Source of the DNA: Balanoglossus misakiensis
Taxonomy: Eukaryota; Animalia; Hemichordata
NCBI GenBank assembly: GCA_040954595.2
Contig: CM082585.2
Coordinates: forward strand, 448,814-512,813
DNA length: 64,000 nucleotides
Direction of reading: 5' to 3'
In this document: piece after piece, positions 1 through 12,132 of the stretch
How positions within the stretch are numbered: position 1 is the first letter of the stretch
Layout of the letters: every line of letters starts with the position of its first letter
Made by a program: the position numbers and the translations under genes
Notes under the pieces: model-generated
The model's input: only the letters and a program-made list of their open reading frames with translations
The model's database searches: none
What the model was told of the DNA's origin: nothing

Positions 1-1049
1 CCCTAGACATGGACAACTTTGGCGTCAAAAGTTGTCGACAAAATTTTGGGTGATCTGGGTAAACTTTGACATACATTCCCATATCTTGGCATCCAAAGCT
101 GATACATCCTTGACATTTGGAGTGATGGAACTATGTAATTGAGTATTATGTCTCTTTTAGTCACAGTGCTTTTGCTGTGTTTTATATGTCTTTTATTAAG
201 CCACATTAGATGTTTTTTCATACCACTATGGCTGTGTTTGCCAGTACTTTTTACCTGGTCACACAATGTGTTCTCAAAATACTATGCAATCTTTATGAAG
301 CATATACAGCAGACAAAGTTGTGGTAAGACTGAACTTGCCCTTCTTTGTAATTAAAGCATGACTGGCCTGTCTTAGGTGGCCCCTACCTAGAGGCTTTAC
401 CCGTCATTGGCTCACAGTCTGAGAAATCAGCTCTGCAGGGAAGTTAACGATGTAACCCACCATTCAAGCTATTTCCGCTTTCTTTTTATTTGAAACCTGG
501 CTGAGGCCTTCTTAGGATCTACCCAACGCTGAGTAGGCTATCCCGTCATTGGCACACAGTCTCAGGGAAGGGAAGTAAACAGTTCAGTCTACCATGCAAG
601 CCTTTATATTTTCCATCCTTTCGTAAGTGAAACATGGCTGCTGTAGAAAAATGCTGATCTCAAATTCATTATGTCAAACAAAAGCCAGACTTTCAGCCAT
701 ATTGGTTAGCCTGGCATTAGGTATGCACAAAATTAATGAGGTAAGACATAATAGTCCATTACATAGTTCCATCAGTCCAAGTGTCAAGGATATATCTGCT
801 CCGGATCCCAAAATATAGGAATGTAGGGCAAAGTTTACCCAAGATTACCCAAAAGTGTGTCAAAAGATTTTGACCCCAAAGTTGGCCATGTCCAGGTTTC
901 TACCTCCAATGGATAGCCTAGAATTAGATATGCACACATTTAATGAGGTCACCATAGATCAAGGGAGTCCTAAATTAACCATCAAATTCTAGTTTCATAT
1001 TAATGCATGTTAATATAAAACACTTTATCTCTAACCCTACTGGTGAGCC
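1..1049. mobile_element. Long-TIR (foldback-type) non-autonomous DNA element, partial (mirror of 43981-45181)
   Basis: Ends ...ctctaaccctactggtgagcc at 1049; the complete copy with both TIRs is in the right arm. Confidence 0.55.
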
Positions 1050-4000
1050 TAGAATTTGGTACATATTCAAGTGGAAGTTTTTGACAAGATAGTTAAGTTG
1101 TAAGATATGTACATGAACCTTGACAATTGACTTAAAATAACATAATGGCATAATTAATACTGATTGGCAATAGATACTAATAACAACAGTGATGTTAATT
1201 ACAGTGGGAATATTTATCTTATTATAGCTAATCGACTGATTGATGTAATGTAATGAAAGTGGCTATTTGTGATTCACCATCACAGTGCTATGCAAGTCTA
1301 TGGTACATTGTTTTTCCAATGATTATACAAAGGATATGTGTAATTAAGGCTGGTAGCATTTTCAATGTTATAAGCCCTGCCTTCACTATAATCTATTTTT
1401 TTTATCTTACACTTAATCAACACTGTTCAGTTTATGTGATTGACTTCAAAGGGACACTACTTACATCACTATTCCCAGCTAGGGGTTCCAGTTTATTTGG
1501 CCAATGGTATGCATGGCTCTAGGTGTTAGTTTTGGAAGCAAAGCATACAGATATAGACTAGGTAGTTCTGAATGTGACCATGGACTGTACCACACACTCT
1601 GTATTGTATGTTTGTGAAGAATCTCATTTAACCCAAACATCAACATATTTCAAAGTTGCCAGAAGTAGAACATACAGGATTTACCAGTAAATATTGGTCA
1701 CGTTATAACACACTGTGGACCCATCTGGGGATTACGCAAAATCAGGTGTGTACACGAAAAAAAAATCACAAGTGACATTGGCAAGCAGATATGACCTACT
1801 GTAATAAAATTTCAAAGGAATCTGACAAGTATTTTCAGCGAAAATAATATGTGTTCAACAATGACAAAAACTGCCTCAAACCACAAAAATTCAATATCAA
1901 CAAATTGTACAATATCTTACTTCAATCACCACAAGGAACAAGTGGTTTCAAAGAATATAAATTGCAAAAATTGCTTCAAGACCACAAATGTACAAATTTC
2001 ACCAAAATGATGCAACATTACGAGGGTTACCACTTGGAACAAGAATACCAAAATTTAAAAGCAATCTGACAGGAAGTCTCAGAGAAACTGATTTTTGACC
2101 AAAAATGGCAAAAATCGCGTCAAGGACATGGTGGTCCCATTGAGTGATTACACAAGAAAAAAGTCTACACCAAAGTACATGGCCATATACAGACAGACAC
2201 ACACACATAGCGAGAGATCAATGGGCAAGCACTGACTAACCCATAAGCTGCCAATGGCATATGTACTGTACATATACTAAATAGAACAGCTGGTCTCTTC
2301 AAAACGTAGCCAGTTATGCAATCATTCAGGAATTTGCTAAATGATTTACCAACAATTCTTTTACCTGCCCATGCCAAGTTCACACTTTTTTTCAGTGCAG
2401 AACTTCTACCAAGGGCTCTAATTACCATTTTAAATTTAGTATAAAAAATGGCCCCACACACATAAATGGCTTCACACAATATATTTCCCAGGGCTGACCA
2501 AATTCTGAATTTTAGTTTCAGATCTATAATTTTTAGAAAATGGTTACTGATTAGTTCAAAAACATCCTAAGACATCTTAGATTTTGTATCCTGTGTTATA
2601 CTGCTATATTGGTGATGCAATTCACTGTATTGTTATACCAATTCGCACCAGTAGTGCAATGTATGAGAAATGCATGTTAAAAGAAAAAAAAATCGGTGCA
2701 CCAGTAGAAGTTACGAGAGAAATTTCCAACAGGCGATAATAACTAAATGTCCAAGTATTGTTTGACCATGGCAGTACACTGTAACACATGTGACTGTTCA
2801 TTGTACTTACATCAACTCTGAATAAAAGCTCAAAAAACTCACAAAAACATTAAACACTCTTCCAAATTATTACAGTTGACTGTTCTTGAGAGACTAATGC
2901 ATCATTTCATCTCAATAATAGAAGTGGATGTCAACAATTGAACACTTTTATGAGCGATTTCAAAGAGCGACAAAAATTTACCAACCTACTCATAGCAGCC
3001 AAGTTACCAAAGAGAACGGTTGTACCTCTTTGCTTCATGAGGGTGCTGTACACCTGGTCAAGGTTCACATTGTGCAAATACGTACTGGACAGTCATTGGA
3101 AGAACAGCGTCGTCCATAAACTATCAGAAAACTATCAATCTATCAGAAAATCACAAAATCCGGATCACATAGACAGTTCAATCATTTCCTTTCCCCAGTT
3201 AATGGGAGCATACATGTAGCAGTTGTAAACATAGTATTTGAAATAAATTAAAATAGTCATTGCTCTCTGGTTCATCATGGAGGTAGTAGACTCCTGACAG
3301 TGTTATTATCTTTCCTTTCCCACTTCGATGGCACACTGAGTACAAACTTTCTTCTAAATTTTTGTAAACTCAAACTTTTATAAGACTCATGTTTGTTCTA
3401 TCAGACAAAGTTCAGAAGAACATGAACAAAGCTGTAATTTATGCAAATGTAACCGAGCTATATTTAGACACACTTACGCAGTGAACATATGGCCTGGGCA
3501 TGGAGTACGGTGGACGGGGTCAGGTCGGGTTCACCAATGCGTGCTTATTGGCTGCTCCTAATTTACATATCAATCACTGAGTCAGTAGTTCAATGAAATT
3601 TAGTTTCGCATGCATTTTTGAATCACGTAACCCTGCTAGTGCGTTGACGGCCGATTATATATTGGATAAAATAAAAAAAAAATCTTTCTTTCTAAATATT
3701 TTTGTACAATAGAATAATGATTTTACAGTATGTTTTAAAGATTTATTTGTGTATATTCACCAGCCCAATTGGGCTGACAAGACGTGAAAATTCAGAGAAG
3801 CAAATTTTGAAAATGTATAATTAATATCAATCACATGAAAACTTACAGCATTCTTACATTTGGAAATTTAGGTATTGTAATTAACACTAACAGTTATGAA
3901 ACTTTCAATTGTCAATAAAATCATATGGCATAATTTAATTGGGTTTCTATTTATATGCAATGTGAAAATACAACTGGTGATCCTTCGGCCAGGAAGAGGC

Positions 4001-4412
4001 ATCAGATCAATTTGACAGACCCGGTTGCCCAGTGGATTAGGTCTTTGCACTGTGAGAAACGCCGGTTTTGGTAACTAAATTCCCATTCACAGGATACGAA
4101 ATAAACCGGAATCACTCAAGGTACATATAATGATGTATGCAGGCTAACAATCAGAAAACAGAGGATAGTTCTCCATTTTCATATTTAAATAAAATAAGAT
4201 TCACTGAAATTGGTAGGTCCGTGGGCAGGCAAAGTCATTTCCAACTCGGCTTGCAAATCAGGCCTATGTCTCTTGTTCCCTGAGACAGTCTGGTTCTAAT
4301 AATAGCTGTAAGTACGTGATTGTTGACCGAACTGTTGGCTCAATTTTGCAACATTTTACAATTTCAAGCTGTGCATATTTAACTCTGTTCCAACTTTGGT
4401 TGGGGGATAATG

Positions 4413-4647
4413 TAGTCTCGGTTACCTAGACCCCCCTGCTTCTTCCGTTGGGCACTCCAGAAAGAAGGTCTGGGGAAACCCCATAGACAAATCTTCAAAT
4501 ATCAAATGTTATAAATATCGACCATCATGCATCGCTTTTGTCTCAAGTCGGCCATCTTTGCCAGTAGATTTGTCTATGGGGTTTCCCCAGACCCTCTTTC
4601 TGGAGTGCCCAACAGAAGAAGCAGGGGGGTGTAGGTACCCGAGACTA
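4413..4647. mobile_element. AcademH-type MITE, internally deleted copy
   Basis: TAGTCTCGG...CCGAGACTA termini, ~80-bp TIRs, perfect 9-bp TSD GGGATAATG (4404-4412, 4648-4656). An empty paralogous site lies at ~48815-48845. Confidence 0.85.
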
Positions 4648-5968
4648 GGGATAATGATGAAGCCATTTCACTGACAAAATAGCGCTACGAATGGAAGACA
4701 ATATTTGTTTACAGTCAAATACATTGCCATCAGAAAATTGCATACGAAAAATTATGCAAACTCTCCCACAGTTTGGAATTCTAAGCAAATTCATTTATTT
4801 GGTATAATTCGTGTTTTAAATGGTTACCTCAGAGTAACTGTAAAATTTGATCATCACTTACTAGTACTTGAAATGACCCACAAATTATACGGCAAAACAT
4901 CATAAAGCATAAATGATACTCACTGAAACGCCATGCAACCCAAGTTTCCAGGCAATCTCAACAGCATGATTGGATCCCAAGCACATACACAAATCAAATC
5001 ACATAATGTTGTGAGTTCCTTTCACTGAATACACACATGAAGGTTCGACTTCTGGGATATAACTGTCTTGAATTAATGTGTATTTCCATACATATCCATA
5101 CGATTACCTGAATGTACACAAGTTAATTCAAAATAAATACATTAGAATAATGACCCGGACAGAATCAACACTGACTTAGTTTACACATATTTTTACACAG
5201 TCGCATCAGCCCCGGCCGGGTGAAGAGTGCACATGAGAAATTAAATATTATGTCGATTATTTCTAATTCCGTCTTCAAACGCACGAAGGTACATATTTCC
5301 ATTATTTACTGTAGTCATAACCCTGTTTTCGCAAATTGATGCCGGCGTCTGTGGATATTTCTACAGTCAAAAACCATTACAGGATCGCGATTACACACAT
5401 TAAACATCGTGAACGGCTCCTGCCTGCCCAGGCCTGTTTCAAAGTCAAACCGCGTGCGGAGGAAATGTTGTTGATAAATGTTGTCGTTTTTTGCGAAGAC
5501 AATATTTAAAAGACCAGTTTTCTGAGAGGCACTTGCCAACAATTCTTAATACCTCGTAAACACGGACACAATATTGTTAAAAATTACCCACCTTTGAAAT
5601 ATTTGTATTGTAGCCGTACGTACATCGACCAGGCAAAATCCATCGCGTGAGTTCCAGAGTCGAATCTCATGACGTCACACTGACCTTTGCCCATATATCC
5701 TCGTTCATAACGTATGTTTATTTTGAGGAAGAAGTCGGCCGGCCAGCTGCAACTTTTTATCAACTAATCAGGGCAGTTGTAATAAGGTTTTGATACAAAT
5801 GACGTCTGTCGCGTGATCAAGTCACATAATAAACCGGCCAAACAAAGTTGTCGGCCGATGACATGCATGTAGCACCGGACATCACGTGAATAAGCCAAAA
5901 CTGGCTGTCGGGCGTTTGTGCGGTGGTGGGGGCTGTGTCATGGAAGGTGATCCCGTCGACGTCGCATT

Positions 5969-8266
5969 AGTCCTGTTTCATAAGTCAGGTCCATGGCACA
6001 TGTACCGACATCTGTGATTGGTCCATCTGGTAATCTTAGGTCCACTTGCGGCACGCTGATTGGAGGGACCTTATGTGTTAGGTCTTATCATTATGTATTA
6101 TTCACTAGACCTTGTAGGTTAGGTCTTATTACTATGTATTATTCACTTTACAGCTCCCTGATTGGTTAATGTGTAGGTCTGGTCCTCCAGTGTTCACTGC
6201 CTCATTATGCAGGACCTTGTAGGTTAGGTCTTATTAATATGTATTTATTCAATTTTCAGCTCCCTGATTGGTTAATGTGTAGGTCTCCAGTTTTCACTGC
6301 TTTGTTATGCAAAGTCTTTTGTACTTTCTGAATACTTTTGTCGCATTCTGTCTGGCATGCTACCTGCGCGTGGTCGAAGCTCGCGATCGATCCCAGTGTA
6401 TATTAAGAAAGGCACTCATATAATGATTTGATTTCACCTTTTCCTTCACTATTCATGGCATTTTATGTGATATTGTGAACTAGATACTCGAAATAAAAAT
6501 TGCCAGGAGAAATTTCGCATTTATTTCCAGTGGCGGTTTGTTGAAATGGGCTAGTGTTTTGTTACGTAATGCCTTTCAGCGCATCACTTCGTGTAACACC
6601 TGGCTGAATACGAAGTGTGTGCTATTCATTCGAGCAAACCAAAAATATCTTACAATAGAAATGTTTAGCACAGCATTGCATTTCTTTGGGATACCTCATT
6701 CGTTGCTTTATTGCTTTGATAGTAAAATCCTTCCAATTTTAATGTATGGAAGTGAAGTGTGGGGTTTCCACCAGGCCGACCAAATTGAAATAGTACACAA
6801 TAAATGCTGTCGTTTTATTTTGAGATTGTATGGCAATGCGACCACTCTCGCTGTTAGGGGTGAGCTGGGGCGTTTTACAATTCGTACATGTAGACTTGTA
6901 AGGATTATCAAATATTGGCTGCGCTTGCTTTCAATGCCACAGCAGCGTATTGTGCAAAAATGCTATATTTTTCAATATAAGGAAGCTGAAAAGAGTAAAC
7001 CATGCTGGGCCTATGATGTTAAGACCTTGTTGTTTTCTTTTGGTATGGGCGAAGCGTGGCTTAATCAAGGTGTGGGTTGTGATGTTAACTTTATTAATTT
7101 ATTTAAACAGAGATGTCGAGACATTGATATTCAGAATTGGTATTCAAATTTACGTCTGTTTCCCAAAATGGACTGTTATCGTACTTTCAAAATGACCTTT
7201 GGGCAAGAGCATTACTTATCATGTATTGATAACGATTCACATAGAGAAGCCATGTGTCGTTTTAGAGTTTCTGCGCATGCACTACGCATCGAATCAGATA
7301 GAAAATTACGTAACGAGCGCTCAGGAAGAATTTGTGTATATTGTAATTCTACAAGCATTGAAGACGAGTTCCACTTTAGTATGATGTGTCCTCTATATCA
7401 GGAGTTAAGGTCAAAATATATTCCAAGGTATTTTTACATAAATCCTTCCTTTCAAAAATTTACCCAGCTTTAACAGTCTCAAAACACAACTATTGTACGC
7501 AATATTTCAAAATTTATCTACTATGCCATGAAGATGCGTTCCGAGACTGTTGAGGAACTTTCAACCGTGTAATACTGATTGTACTTGTTTCTAGTTGAGT
7601 GTCCCTCTGTACTTTTCTTTGTATGACTTTTGTGATTACTAGGAGGCCGGAGGCCTACAGTATCCGAACAAATCACACATATATATAATTAGTTGCTTTA
7701 CAGGTATGATTACTTTTATTGTAAAGTGCTTAGATGAGTTAATCAGATTTTCAAAGTCCATCTAAAAAAATCATTTAATCTTTCCAGGGTGCAGTTTATG
7801 TTGGAGATAATATATGTCAGGCTATTTCTTAGAAAATCAATGAACGATCTGCGGACATCCCTAATAATGTGTTACCACAACGGTAGCCAGGAAGCACTTG
7901 GGACATTTCACAATGAGGCAGTGAACACATGGGGGACCAGACTGACACGTTAACCAATCAGGGAGCTGTATGGTGAATAAATACATATTAATAAGACCTA
8001 ACCTACAAGGTCCTGCATAATGAGGCAGTGAACACTGGAGGACCAGACCTACACATTAACCAATCAGGGAGCTGTAAAGTGAATAATGCATAGTAATAAG
8101 ACCTAACCTACAAGGTCTGGTGAATAATACATAGTAATATGACCTAACACATAAGGTCCCTCCAATCAGCGAGCCGCAAGTGGACCTTAGAGAAGCGGAT
8201 AAACCAATCAGAACATGTAATACGTGTGCATAGGACCTGTAATGTAGGTCATTTTGAAACAGGACT
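5969..8266. mobile_element. Non-autonomous long-TIR DNA transposon (AGTCCTG...CAGGACT, ATT TSD; possibly Pangu/PHIS-type)
   Basis: Perfect terminal IR agtcctgtttca, ~270-bp subterminal inverted repeats (~6038-6305 vs ~7915-8188) with internal repeated motifs, att on both flanks. It interrupts the Crypton ORF C-terminus. Confidence 0.75.
6697..7675 (+). pseudogene. 5'-truncated non-LTR retrotransposon (RTE-X-like), ORF2 C-terminal region and 3'UTR
   Basis: FDSKILPILMYGSEVWG, AVRGELGR, CRFRVSAHALRIE and the Zn-knuckle CVYC...EDEFHF...CPLY..LR.KY; premature TAA at 7471 with the frame continuing to 7572. The first ~50 aa of the listed ORF are probably non-element. Confidence 0.8.
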
Positions 8267-9260
8267 ATTTGAAACATAGATATTGAACGAGCCGCCATAT
8301 GTCTCTGCGTCGCTAAATATACCGCCCCTTGTCGCCGCTTCCATCTGATACTTGCACTGACGGAACCAGAAATTGCCCAATTTTTGACTTGTTTGGATGA
8401 ACATGGAGCGAGGATGTTTGACATCTCTTCCTGCTGTCTTAGCGAGGCGGTGGCATAGTTGTTGACCGACTGCAGCTGACTGTGGCCCGATAACTGTTGC
8501 ACTTGGGTCGGTGGAATACCGGCGTGCAACAATTTCGTGATGGCTGTTTTTCTCATGTTGTGATTGTTTTTCCCCCTCTGATGCCTGCTTTCTCGCTCAT
8601 ACTTTGGACGACTGTTGCCAACTTATTCTTTCCCATTGGAGATTTCTTAAACCATATGGTTGATGAGGGCGAATAATTGATTGCCAATGCAAGTAGAAGG
8701 GGCTGTCTAGGGTATTCATTTCAACGGGGCGACGATTTGCGAACTCCTTGGATGTGGCTATGGGACATGTGTCTGGCTTCTCGGGAGTGGCGAAGATTTT
8801 GGGGTTGAAGGGTCGTGGTTTCGCACCAGCCTGTCTAAATCTGCAGTCTTCGTCTCCCTTTCGTTAAATTCGAGATATTCTTTGTGGTCGGCCGTCTTTT
8901 GAGCTTGATTTCCCCCCCCCCCCCCCCCAATTTCAGTTCCCGATTTTCTTGGCCACCGCGAAAGCCCAACATCTTGGTGTTGTTCATCCAAACTGCGTTG
9001 AACAACGCTTCGGGAGTCGATCGACCGACAAATCCTCTTTCAATCAAAAGTTGTTCTTCTTTATCAGTAATCACTTGGGCAGCTTGTGGCTTATTTCCCC
9101 GTCCCTGTTTTTTTTGTTCAACTCTTTTTTCTGTGAGGCATTTTCGGGAGAGCTGGAACTCATTGCCACGGATGATGGAGACCGGGTAACCGTTGTCCTG
9201 AAGATAACGCTTGATTTCCCGCTGATTGAGCTCGTCAAAGTAGCGGGTTCATATAGCTCT
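8267..9260 (-). pseudogene. Crypton-type tyrosine recombinase (DUF3504 / KIAA1958-ZMYM-like), frameshifted
   Basis: Fragments YEPATL, RGNKPQAA, EEQLL...TPEALFNAVW.NNTKMLGFRGGQE, EYLEFNERETKT, SPFYL, WFKKSPMGKNKL, NHNMRKTAITKL, QLSGH...SVNNY carry the R-HxxR-H-Y catalytic set. Confidence 0.88.
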
Positions 9261-9301
9261 GCGTACAGGTCTGTGTGTTTGGGCATATGATAAATCGGTT
9301 T

Positions 9302-9446
9302 TCGCCCCATATCACCTCTTGTTGGGCCATATTTGCCGCTCGTGTGGGTTGTGAGCTGCGTCACACTCGTCTTCGACTCGTGTGATGCGGCTCACAACCC
9401 ACACGAGCGGTAAATATGGCCCAACACAAGAGGTGATATGGGGCGA
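9302..9446. repeat. ~65-bp stem hairpin, putative Crypton terminal structure
   Basis: tcgccccatatcacctcttg...tcacac / loop tcgtcttcgactc / gtgtga...gtgatatggggcga, followed by ttatttaactatt. Confidence 0.85.
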
Positions 9447-9535
9447 TAACCTCATATTATTTAACTATTTCCCCTATCCCTGTGATTAGAATATCATATT
9501 TTTCTGTGACCCTGACCATTATATCTGCAATTATA

Positions 9536-10053
9536 TTACATGTATATCATGCTACCGTCCGCAATTCTGATTGGACGAGAGCTCAATCCAGCGATGCTAA
9601 CATAGTCATATAGCACTGCTGGCAGTGCTAAAACGGGCCCCTGAACTAGCATGCGGCAGCACAAATGTGCGGTTAAACCACAGCCGCGCGTGTTTAAACC
9701 AACTAAATAAAACAAAAATACTGTTGAATTAATCGTTTTATTTTGGAACTGCTCTGTAGAAATATTTGTAACTTTGCCACGCGCGATGCCCGTCTTGTCA
9801 CTTTTTGTCGTCTGCTTCATGTTTAATGCTCGATCCCGGCCGCTCGTGTTTACATTCATCGTCGCCATGTTGGTTCACGATCATAATTTCTCTTTGTGAC
9901 GCCGTCTCGGTAAGAAAATGACACTGATATGCCACAAAAACAATTGTTGATATAATAGCACTCGATTTGGGTACAATTTGCTCCATATAGACTCGCCTGA
10001 CAGCTCGCGCTATATGTCTCGAATTGTACCCAAATCTCGGGCTTATTGCTTAA
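9536..10053. mobile_element. Non-autonomous Crypton-like element
   Basis: Starts tta...ctgattggacgaga; ends in the hairpin gatttgggtacaatt/aattgtacccaaatc (loop ctcgcctgacagctcg) then ttattgcttaa. Same architecture as 49296-49574. Confidence 0.5.
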
Positions 10054-10167
10054 GTAACTTACTTAGATAGTATGATCAATAAGGGCAGATATCTTCTTCA
10101 GTCTGCCCAGTTTACATAAGTTACCACACATGTATAAATAAAATAATGTTTTTATATTTTTGGTTAA

Positions 10168-10607
10168 ACCCCGGTGCGGAAAGTCCTGGGGTTCGGATTA
10201 ACGTGTGTTTGTATAGTTGTTTATTTGGGAGTGGTCGTCGTGCATAATGACTGTGTAATTGCTCTCATGTACACAGAAAATAATTGAACACTTCACACTT
10301 CCACGCGATTGACAACTGTTTGAATGGCGTGGTTATTGTTTCCCAGGGACGCTTCTGAAAAGCACTGAAACCAGATTTCTCCCAAAATCATCGTTGTTTC
10401 AAAAGCTCGTGTACTTTTTCGTCGATAACTTTATGTTGTGTGTGTTTATAAAGCCAACTACTGTCGTTGTGTGGTGTAATTCTTTATTCTTGGACCTGTT
10501 TGGGCCGATTTTCATAGAGCCAAGATCGTTGGTGTTGTCTGTTGTCAGTCAAACGGCATTAAGATTCGCCACTGATTTGGGGGGTCTTTTATACCCCGCA
10601 CCGGGGT
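10168..10607. mobile_element. TTAA-specific MITE (piggyBac/Kolobok-type)
   Basis: TTAA|ACCCCGGTGCGG ... CCGCACCGGGGT|TTAA. Confidence 0.8.
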
Positions 10608-11954
10608 TTAAAAATGTTCAATTAATTACATTTTCATTTTTTCATACGAAATCCTGAATTTTGGTACTTTGTATTTTCAAATTTAATCAATGTGTTAATA
10701 AAGGTCCATCACCTCTAGCTCTGAAATATGTTGTCTTTCAAATATATTCTCTTAAATTCCCAATTATTTTTTGATTTCCAACTCACGATAATATTGTTGC
10801 CGTTAAATGTGGCAAAAAATATATTGGTTTCAGAAACGCCAGAAAAGTTAAGTCATCTATATTCCATTGTGAATTTCCTGCCATTTTCAAAAATGTGCAA
10901 GTCATGTTACAAAGTACAGAGAAAACATTAAATTACATGTGTCCCGTTCATTGGTTGACATCAAATTGTTTTATCAAGATTGTAAAAATAAATTATTTCC
11001 ATGTCAAATGTGTTTGTGGGTGTGCACATTAGTGTGGTGCCACATTACATGACTCCTTTTTGCATACAAGTATTAATGCAGTCATATTTGAGTGGGATAC
11101 CCACCTGTTTTTTTGTTGTTGTTTTTTTAATTTATAAATGCATTTATAAGTGATGTATGATCTCACCTACATGATTAAATCATTTGAAATTTACAGTTTA
11201 TGTGCCTTTAAACACATAATTTTGTTAACATACACTTGTTCAATTACCAGTGTTTTTTGAAGTTTTTATAAGTCTCAGTCTACATGTTCAGTAGTAGTAT
11301 ATTTGCATGAAACTTTTTAAACATTTTTCCTTAGAGGCGGATCAATAATATATAGATAATATAGATTGACAGTGATGTACTTTTTGAGTTGAGTTTCCCA
11401 TGGATTTGACGACAGATTTTATCATTTTCATTATATTATGCAAAAAATTAATTTTCATTGATCAGTCTCATAAGTTTGTGCATGGTGCATGCCATATTGA
11501 ACAATTTTAAAGCATTTTAAGCATTTAATGAAACTTCAATGTTATTGAAATTGATGTCATTATATTACCCTGGAGACTGAAAGTTTGTAGTGAATTTGAC
11601 TCTGTGTGTTCAAAATGATTACTGTGTATAACCATTAATAGATTTATGTTTTTAGCTATTTATCAAATTTGCAAAGACCGTTGTGAAATTGTTGCCTTCT
11701 CTATCATTTGTTGTTAATATTTTCTGTTAGATATCAGCTTCAAATGGAGTTCAAACTTTTAAATATCTTAAATACCATTTCTGAACATAAATTCCCAGGC
11801 ATCTCCATACATCTGAATGGTATTACTTAAATTCTTGAAGTAATTTTAATAATTCCAAAATAAAACTTTAGAAAAAATGTGCAGAGTTCACTTGAGAGAT
11901 TTTTGGAGAGATTTCTGGAAGTTTTGTACAGATGACATTTATCTGTTCTTTTTG

Positions 11955-12132
11955 AGAAAACTAATGATTTTCAAAACTTTGCCTTGTAGCGTGTGAAAGG
12001 CACAACAACAGTGTGTGGAGTTGGCACTGCTTGGTCGCAATATCTTCATCAATACTCCCAAAAAATGTACAGATTGTGTGTCCTACTGATGCAGCTTGCA
12101 GCATACATGATGATCTGCCAGAAAAGTCCAAA
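11955..12132 (+). pseudogene. N-terminal part of PIF1-family helicase (decayed Walker A and motif Ia)
   Basis: Manual translation EKTNDFQNFAL*RVKG..VCGVGT..SQYL...VQIVCPTDAACSI..LPEKSK stops at the LINE 3' tail; the next motif (IHS) resumes beyond the LINE 5' end. Confidence 0.65.

Noticed and set aside
2928-3219. Possible coding exon(s) (mirror ~41777-42104)
   Set aside because: No recognisable domain; minus-strand frames contain stops; cannot be supported by eye.
6538-7473. 311-aa ORF as a host gene
   Set aside because: It is the C-terminal part of a LINE ORF2 with a non-ATG start, a non-element N-terminus and a premature stop.
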